A stretch of DNA of 64,000 nucleotides from contig CM082580.2 of NCBI GenBank assembly GCA_040954595.2, positions 8,286,390-8,350,389 of the forward strand, given 5' to 3'. Positions within the stretch are counted from its first letter, which is position 1. Each line of letters begins with the position of its first letter. The notes beneath the pieces are model-generated. The model was not told the DNA's origin, did no database searches, and saw nothing but the letters and a program-made list of their open reading frames with translations. This DNA is from Balanoglossus misakiensis. Taxonomy: Eukaryota > Animalia > Hemichordata. The position numbers and the translations under genes are program-made. This document shows, piece by piece, positions 54,612-64,000 of the stretch.

Positions 54612-57600
54612 TTATCTAATCAGCAGACATACTAAACCCGCAAGTGCAAAATCATACCGTTTCATTCAATGTTTTTTTCTAATTTGATATTCCCCACCCC
54701 TGTTTCGAAAATTGCCAATATCCTTCATCTCTCTTATTTGTCAACCAATGTATTTTTTTCTGAAAATTCAGTTTTTGCGATATCGCAATAAAACCCTGCA
54801 CATTTTCAAACAAATGGCAGATTCACCATTATCAATAACCGTGTCTATACTTGTAAAAGTGACCTGATCCATGCTGAGGGCCTCAACATCTCTGTTATTA
54901 AAATTATGAAATTTCAGGTTATTTGGTGCACATTTTCGAAATTGAGATGTTATAAATATAAGATGTGTATGGCGTCACTAGCCAAGGACTAGAAAAATGC
55001 ATCTGTTCAATCTATATTACCCTATCTTCATCATCATCCCATTCTCGCTATACTAAATAGGCTTTTGCGACCTAGGTGAGTAATAAATATCTCATATGGT
55101 CGACACAATGTCAAGATGGTCGATTTTGCCATATTTTAGAAATGGAAATTCATAAGCTAAAGTGATACTGGGTTCATGATGAAAATAATGCAAGGTCATT
55201 ACCGCCCATGGGAGCCACCTATACGACTAGCACGTGTTGAATTGCCCGATCTCTGTTCGTCAGCAGTCAAAACTTGTCCAGTGGAATCAATCTACTTAAC
55301 ACGTGCAGTGTAAGAAATGAATTTGTTTAAAAGTACTCCGCACATGTCGTGTGGGAAAAGGTTTAAGTTTAGAATTTAATATCACCTCTTTCAAACAGAA
55401 CAGAAGAGGAAGTGAAGTTGATAATTCCGTTTCGGGGAGAACTATCGTGCAGGAACACGTTAGTTAGTCATAATTAAAAAACGAGTCAAGTATCCGAGAA
55501 ATCTATTAGCAGGTCCACGTGGATGAAAAATGGCTTCCACGTGATATACGTGTTGAGAATGCTCAGAGCCATCATAATATACGAGCGATATACGCTGAAC
55601 ACGCTGTCGGTGTTATTCTGCATTCTCAAGTTGATCGAGAAATCTTAGTGTTTTGACTGGGAAAATCTTAACTACTCAAAGAGTCTAAACTACTCAAAGT
55701 TGTTTTGACCATTGCGCATGGTTTTCTATTTCTATTTCTATTTGCCAGGGCGTATTTGCCAAAAGGACTCGCACACATATAGGATTAAAAGTCAACGCAG
55801 TACCTACAAATCCCCAGGTTTAGACCATTATGGTGTCAGAGAGAAACTAAACCACATTCACCCAGCTTTCTTGAAGGATCTTGTAGACGGTGTTTGAGTT
55901 TTGAGCAGAACATTGTTTGCCTGTTTCGACTTCGGTTACTCGCTTGAGGGCCAAACAGAACGTGTCTTTCCCGTCTGTAAATAGAGGGGCAAAAGTCCTC
56001 CCCGGGGCCGTTAGAAAAGAATCAACGTTCTAATTGGCACTCGGAGTCACATAACCCTCGTATGAACAAGGGTTGCACGAGTCATGAAATTGTCTTCTTT
56101 AGCCACTTTTCACGACTGTTCTATCAGTGAGAGAGAGAGAGCGCTATGTACGCGATGTATAATCTGAAGACCACGCGACTTATTTCCAGAAACAAAGAAT
56201 TCCATTACTGTGCCTTGCCTTTAGGCATTAAGTACGAGTACCAATAATTCCCATGAGTACATTTGGAATAATCGAAACTTTCTGAACACGAACCCGTTCG
56301 CTTATCGGTAACAAGTCACATCATACGTGAAAGTATAACATTAGATGGGGTCGTCTATACTGAGACGACTCATGGACAGCAGAGGCAAATTGAATGCCCT
56401 GCCTGTTTTATCTGATTACAATCAGTGCGTGTCATGAAGTCAGAAATCTTTTAAAATGTTCACCATTACCGCATGTTAGCACACCAGTGTTATTATAGTT
56501 CTTGATTTAAGCGATAGCTGTGATGCCTGTCGGTTCTTAAGCGGGGGAGACAGGCAAGTAAAATGATACGAGCTTCGCAATCTAAATTTGTGATGAAAAC
56601 TAAATATTACACCGAATGACCCGAACCAGTTGGGTTTTTGTGGCCAAATTTTCTCACGCGACGTAATCATGATACCAGCAGCCGTGAAAATGTCGTTACC
56701 AAGCAATTTGGCGGGAAAACACGTTGACATTTTTTCAAGACAACATAACGGTAGCCAGCCAATTGACCGACTTCGGCGATTACAGGCATCATTTTCTGCT
56801 GCGCACTCATCTCTGTCCCGCTATATGGCAGGCGTGTATTTCTTGGAACGAGGTTTCGGATTTTTTTAAGAGGCAACTGGCGGCAATAAACCGACGAACA
56901 AAGGGTAATTGGGATCGTCGTATGTTACATGTGATTCAGTGTGATTTGTGAGTCATCATCACACAGTTCCAGGATTTTATCTCCAATGATTTGCGTAAGG
57001 GTCCATCTTTCCTGTATCAGTAATGATTCAGCTTTTATCCACTACTGTATAATATACATCCAGATGTTTCTCTCCGCTGAACGTTCTGACATAGATCCAG
57101 CAGGCAGATGACTAACTCCCCCAATAAAATCACTCGACTTAAAATTTAGCCGCGTGTTTATGAAATATGGCTCTGTTGATGTTGTAAGTCACGTCCTATT
57201 CCATTAACTGCTATTTATATTCAGAAAGCCTTGAACATTTTTATTGCTGCGCCTGTTACACTTTCCGACACTTACACGTAAATCATGTGTAACTTTCATT
57301 TCGAATCTCTAAATATTTTAACATGAATGTGAACTGCCAAAACATGATGACACGGTTTTTCTAACCGTGTCACGTTTACAGCAGATATGTTGGTGTATTT
57401 AACAAATAATAAAACGCTCAGAACCGGAGGTCGCTCTAATTCGTAGTCGCTGAGTTGTTCGTAAAAAGCAGTGGAAATATAAATGTTAATGTTCACGTTA
57501 GACATGTGTTAACACGTATTAGACTGACGGTCGGAAGCTCGGTTAATTAAATTACGCTACACCAGAAGAAATGCGTAACGTCTTATCCTTATCGCGGTGT

Positions 57601-60600
57601 CTTCCAGCGACGTGCTTGTCACATGTGTTGATAGGACCCCATCCATCAATTTCCTCTCTGCATAATTACATCAATCACGCCTTGCCCATTGCAACCTGCC
57701 TCGAAAATCGAAGTCTTAGACTTGTTCACGTATTTTTCCCAAGTTAACTTTAAATTATTTTCGCACTGACATGAAATCTTCTTGGCGTAACTGGAACTGA
57801 AGTAAGAAAGTAATGCGTAATTAAAGATGGTCGGAGGCACTGACATTCGTTGTCGTGCTAATGGCCTATTCGCAGCCATGCCTTGAATGTAATACATCTT
57901 GACGAATCGCCTGGCTATACAAGCAAGGCTAATATCGGGCGGAATAGCGTAAAAACACCGATGCAAAAACAAATACGTGCTATACATCATACAATGACAA
58001 CTTTGTTTTTGTCACTGTGTCTTATTTTATGTTTTCAAAGCAACCAAACAAAAAACACATCTCCCATGCTGGTAAACAAAAGCTTCGCGTGCCTTCGGTA
58101 AAATTGTACTAATCAACACGTGGCCGACGAGATTTCGAACAGCGATTTTTGGGTGATACCCTGGCGCGCAAAAGTCGCGCCGTTCAAAGTTGAACTCGAG
58201 ACGAAAACAAGAGAGCAAAATAAATCACAGTATTAGTACAGAGATACTAGGTGTGTTGATGGCGACTATACATCATACCTCAGAAACCTCGTAAAGGAAA
58301 AGGGGAGAGTAACACACTTCCTCTGTATGCATTTGAAGATTAGCTAAGCGTTTACCCAGTCCATGCCTACCTGAACAACTCCCATCAGTGAGAGCATATA
58401 GAGATGTGTAAATGCATCGGTATGTTGACTACCTCACATACTATATGCAGTGTGCTATTCCACCCACGATGCCATGTATAGGCAGGAGTGCGGATCACCC
58501 TGTTTGAATCACAAACATGGCTAAATTACCCAAGAGTCATTAGAGATAAAAGTTGGAAGCAGACAGTCGGAGTGTAGCGAGTATGCGTACAGAATACAGC
58601 GATAAATCTTAATACGCCTCAAGCAAAGCACACACAGATAGATATTTTGTCAGTGTTCAGGCTTGCACGATGAAGACGTCTATAAGTTTGTTCCGTTGAT
58701 AAATGATGCGATGGTATTAAACTTGCTATGGCGTTGGAATGTGAATTTGAGTAAATTTATGATGAGAATTTTTATCTCTGTAGACACCAGTATTACACAT
58801 GAACATGATTGATTTCATTTGGTCCCATATATCTAGATTATTTGTCGCCTTAACGTAGAATATACTTATTATGTTCAGGGAAACTAATTATTCATACAGT
58901 CAAACACGCGAATGCCAAGGGTACTTTGCTATGAGTTATCTAAAGACTATAAATTGTCAGGCAACAGCAGTAATATTATTTCGGTAAATTTAAGATTTTA
59001 AGATGTCGTATCGACTTCTCAGCGCGTTACTGCTGACGCTGGACCGGTTTAAGAGAAGAAAGTCACCAAGTCACTATTAGTTTCCTTCACGACGCTCTGT
59101 CTTTTCTGGAGAAAATCAACGGCGACTTTGATCAATGTTTATACGCTATCCACCCTCTGTTCCGACTGCGTCTTAACGTGTTTATATGTGACATCTTTTC
59201 TCCTTTTCTCAGAACGAAGCGGGGAATGTTGAGGAAAACAACAAGGGGTTGACCATTTTCTTGCCTTGTTCTCAGTTGCGTTGACAATAACATGATACTG
59301 ACTCGTGTGGGCTTTAGTGTTTGTGCAGCACACTGAGATACCGTGAAAGTAAATTCGACCAGTGACTTCGATTTAGTTTGCCTGAATTATTGCCTGAACT
59401 ATCAACAGTAAAAACGGGTGGCTTTCTAGTAATTTTCAATATAATCATATTGTAAGACAGGAGTTTGACGTCCCCACAGTGTATGTACATTTGTACATAA
59501 CTTGATAAGATGCAAAACCTTATTAAGGGTGGCACTTAAATTTGTGCATTAAAGATTACTCAGATATTGTGCATGTCGTTCTCTATTCGCGGAGGCTTCG
59601 CTGAAACTTCTGGCAGTCAATTTGCAGTGTTGGCGATTTGATTATATTCCAGAAAAACCCCAGAAGACATGCACATCGGAAAGGAAGCGAAGTGTTTATT
59701 GGTTAAGATGAAGTTTTGCGGGGGTTTTGAATACAAGCAAAACTAATGAACTCCGAAATGTGACATGGCCTTATAGTTTTAATAACAGAACTGTATTTCC
59801 TGCGCCTTTCTATCTCCTTAAGCGCCTGTTCTGCCGGATTCACTCACGCTGGTGTATCTGGATTCCTGAATTTAGTGGTGTTATCGGTTTTAAGGGAATT
59901 GGTATGGTCACCTATGCAAATTTAGCGACAGTCACCATGCTGAGATCTAGCCAATGGCTGATTTTCACGGGAGGGCCACACGAAACAGAGTGCGCTACAT
60001 GGTCATTACAAGGCTTAGACACGCCCCTTTAACCATATATGGGTATGTGTGATTTACGGGTGATTGTATACATTTCAGCATACATGCAAGTATGATCTGG
60101 AAAGACAATGATCTCCATGGACTCGGGTCAGGATTTGATGAATTCACTTTCTTGCGCGCGTCATGTTAAATTTATACGCTTTCCCCGATTTTATAAATTA
60201 AATAGGATTTTCACTTATGGGAACTGACTGAGCCCGTGACTTCCAAGAATACCCTCTGGCCAATGTGCTGCGTACAAAACCACTCAGTCAACGCTAAAGA
60301 GATCGGGGGCATGTAACGAGTTGAAAGTCACCATTCTAAAAGTGCAATGGTTGTACATGGCTTGCGTTATCCATTTGAAAATGTCAAACACAGCCTAAGA
60401 TATGGACGATTAACCTGAACGTATAGAAAGCATTCGCTTTGGCACATTGCAGAAAATAATTGGCACCGATTTGCGATCGTTCGACTTTTGCGGCCTAATT
60501 TCTTTCAAAGGGGTAATGACTTTCCTGGAAACGAGACCTTGCATTTTCTATCTACAGCTTCTCGAGTCGTGAAATATGGGTCCTCTGCACGATAGTTTCC

Positions 60601-63600
60601 CAAAAGCCGTTTAACTCTACAAATGACAAGCGGGTTACTTGTACCGTTGAGGGTAGTCAATCAGGTAAATTACAGCACACCTGACCAACCAAGGGTGAAA
60701 TTATTCCTTGTAGGATTATTGCATTTTAAACACACATCCACACTAGATAAGCAACCGACATTGAAACGTAATAGTTCATGTGCATTCGCTCAGAAAGAAA
60801 TATGTTCAGACTGTAAATAACCTGGATAAAACAGGATTTTTTTATTGTTATTCACGTCAATCAGATTTTTTATCACTGCTTCTCTCTTGGCATGACCAAG
60901 GCACATTTATATATTCTTGTGTTTTTGTCATCTGACAATCAAAATTTCCATGTTGTTTTCTTAAATAATATGGACCTCGGCGATCATTGATGAAAATGTA
61001 ATATTGGTGCATTTCAAACAAGATGCAGTTCGATCTGTCATCTGTGTTCTTCGGTTTTGAAAAGAGAAAAGTTTCCCTATGTACAAATACCCATGCGACG
61101 ATTCTCTGATTATCACGTGAAGCCATCCGGTCGCCATCCTTTTATACTATCTCTCGTGTGCACTTTTTTTAAAAATTTAATTATTCAAGTCTTTGGCGTC
61201 CATTGATATTTAACTTCATTAATTATTAAAGAAATTGCCCCTGCAGTAATCTGACAACTTGTGGGAGTTGTACCTGTAACGAAATCAGAGTCAGCATTTG
61301 AACGGTCGAGAACATTCAGATATTCTGGGTGAAGTTTTTTTTTTTTAATTCAACCTCTGTAATAACGTTACTGTCATGAACGATTTTCGCAGACAGACCT
61401 GGCCGCTTGCTTTGAAAATGTGATTATGTCCTGAAAATGAAATAAAATGTAGTCTGGTGAATCCATCAGTGGAACAGAATAATTCAAAGAAGAAATCTGA
61501 CCAATTGTCATTCAAGAAAATTGTCATTGTCGATTTCATAGTCCCCGCTAGGTTTATGACAAGTGGATGCAAATGATTGAGTGGTAGAGGTGTAGTAAAT
61601 TATAATACAAATCACTTAAATACACAACAAATATAAATCAGAGAAAGACTGGTGCTTGAAATGTATCGCAATTGCACAATGCGTTACATTAAGTGAAGAC
61701 CTTGTCGACTACATCAACTACATATGGCAAGTTCTGCAATTGCATCACCATGAATTTGAAAGAAGCGTCGTGTAATGAGGAATGACCGGGTATTGTATTA
61801 AATGGACATATGTTATGCACAGCTGGCCTTTTGTTATGCAAATAAAGAGTTTCATGCACGGACAAAGGGCCTATTGTTTATATTATTCAACAAATATGGG
61901 CCCATAGACCCTATGCGTAGTCGTACAAATGAGGCAGAAACGGAGCTGTAAAAAAGCCGCGTACATGCCCTTGTGTCAACTAATTAACAAATCAAAAACA
62001 TGGCCATGCATCTGATATAATGATTACCGGTCTTTTGTCAGAATGGAACTGATCACTGCTGTATGATCAAATAATCTCGGTTTTCTACACAAAAAAAACA
62101 CCGTATCTGATTAACCTCCGTGACTTTGTGCGTCATAATGCTGCTATTTGGTAAATGCATGTATCGGCGAATATCCCGTATTATGAATACTCATTACGAA
62201 GTCTTTCATTTTGAAAGAATGAGACGGGAACACAGTATGTCAAACGGGGAAGTGCCCTCCGGTGCTTCAAAGGAATGAACTTCTTATCGGGGCTAATATC
62301 AAAAGAAGGTTGCAGCGAGGTCTACTCCTTCGGGATCCGCGTAGACTGGAAAGGGGGAAAATCTGTCCGAGATCGCATGCGGCAAAGTTGTTATCTCAAT
62401 TTTCGGAGTTGTCGATTGCCATGAAATGTTGCCACGTGATGGAACGAGGAAATATCAAGATCGCGACGCGTCGCGGCCTCGCCCTGTCAGTTTTCCTTCA
62501 CACTTGCAACAGGAGTATCCTCTTGCGTGGGAATGGTAAAGGAAATACGGGAATGGGAATTGTTCTTCATTATCGGGAACAGATCTTTTATTCGAGAGCC
62601 AATTCCTCCCCGGGTGTTTCATTTCGCTTCCTTGATCCTAATTAATGTTGTGCATCGAGACCTGAAAAACAGGACGTGCGAAGGTGGCTCAGAAGAACTG
62701 CTGGTTCTATTTCATCCCAAAACAAAACAAAGCAAAACAAAACAATTGCAAACGTGTGTCAAATATGCGAATACAAAGAGAATTTGGCACTGTTACATGT
62801 CCCGCCATACGGTCAGAAGTCTGCAGAATTAGATTATTATTCCAGAATTGAATTAAATATGCAAATGAGGGATTAATTGAATACAGACTGCAAATTGTCT
62901 TCTAATACAGTGTAATCTATGTCAGCACAGTACCCCTGGCAAATTGGTAGTTAATTAAAGTGACGCTAATAAATATCTCAGTCTCTGGCTTGCCTTCTGA
63001 TGTCTATTAAAACGTGTAGCAGGAATAAACTTGGATATGTATCTCAACACAAGATTTGATTAAATATGCAAAGAAACAGAAAATTGACATGGCATTCGTA
63101 GAACTATCACAGCAGTAACAATAGGCTCATCAGGAACTGCTGCTTTTAAGTGGTCACCATGTTAGCAGGTGCGCGGAATATTTAAGCGTGCCCTACAGCA
63201 TGCTGGACCTGAGAAGATTGACCCAAAGTGACAGATTCGGTGTAATTCGGCTAGGCCACCAAAGGCTTTATCAGTCAGTAAATTAGACACTTATCTGATT
63301 GCATGCTGAAGAACACGTTCACATTGGGTTTATGAGCCGTATCTCTCGTGCCTCTGTCCTATTTCAGCGATCAATATAGTGTAATGACAAACCACAGAAC
63401 CGTTACAAAATCAATACTCTTGTAATGTCTTATCAGTGAAGAAAATGAAGTGTTTTCATTAAAATGAACTTAAACCTGCTTTAGACACCATAAAGTTAAT
63501 GAGGTGTGGGTGTTCTATTATAGCCTGGTAGACTCTTTCGTCGTGTATAGAAGCGTTATTAGTAAACACGTATTTTGTTCTGTATGCGTGTTTAAATATG

Positions 63601-64000
63601 CAAATGTCTTCTTTATTCCATCAACAAATATGTCGTGTGGACATATGCCCGATGTCCATGTATACGAAAACTGACACTGATGCCGAAATGAAACGACGGG
63701 GTCAGCAAGAGCAAATGATTACATGAATTTCTGCAGCAATGAAAACATGTCGAATGTCTGTCAGCAGTTCATCGATCATTTTAGTGATAAACGCGGCAGA
63801 GCGAGAGCGATCATTCAAATTGAATTGGAAAACAACATTTCAGGGATTTAACGTCGCCATCGAATATTGGTAATATCCAATATTAATAAAATTTCAATAC
63901 TTCTGAGATATATTATAAGATTTTCAAGGCCATTGAAAGTATTAAAAAACCTCCTTATACAAAGCGCTTTATATTTCCCGTAAACGTCACTACATGCATG

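Noticed and set aside
62641-62680. NVVHRDLK resembling a protein-kinase catalytic loop in ORF 62527-62832
   Set aside because: Lacks the HRDLKxxN asparagine and a downstream DFG, with no flanking kinase motifs or clean splice sites; likely chance.

Overview
Metazoan genomic DNA, most consistent with an invertebrate deuterostome (inference). It holds three protein-coding genes. Two convergent (tail-to-tail) kisspeptin-receptor-type class A GPCR genes each have three coding exons and share a 136-bp middle exon: receptor A on + (10789-14064, 384 aa) and receptor B on - (39167-22613, 389 aa). Between them lies a solitary intronless histone H3 gene (- strand, 15900-15490). It combines the H3.3 'AAIG' chaperone motif with replication-dependent gene architecture (TATA/CCAAT/octamer promoter, 3' stem-loop and downstream element) and carries unusual substitutions (S28N, R42K, T107C, I124V). 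An apparently perfect 4,810-bp tandem duplication (29527-39148) copies most of receptor B coding exon 1 and part of its intron, creating an in-frame chimeric exon. Two Harbinger-like MITEs, a HINE-like element and several microsatellites are also present. I found no convincing coding sequence in 1-10.6 kb or 39.3-64 kb.
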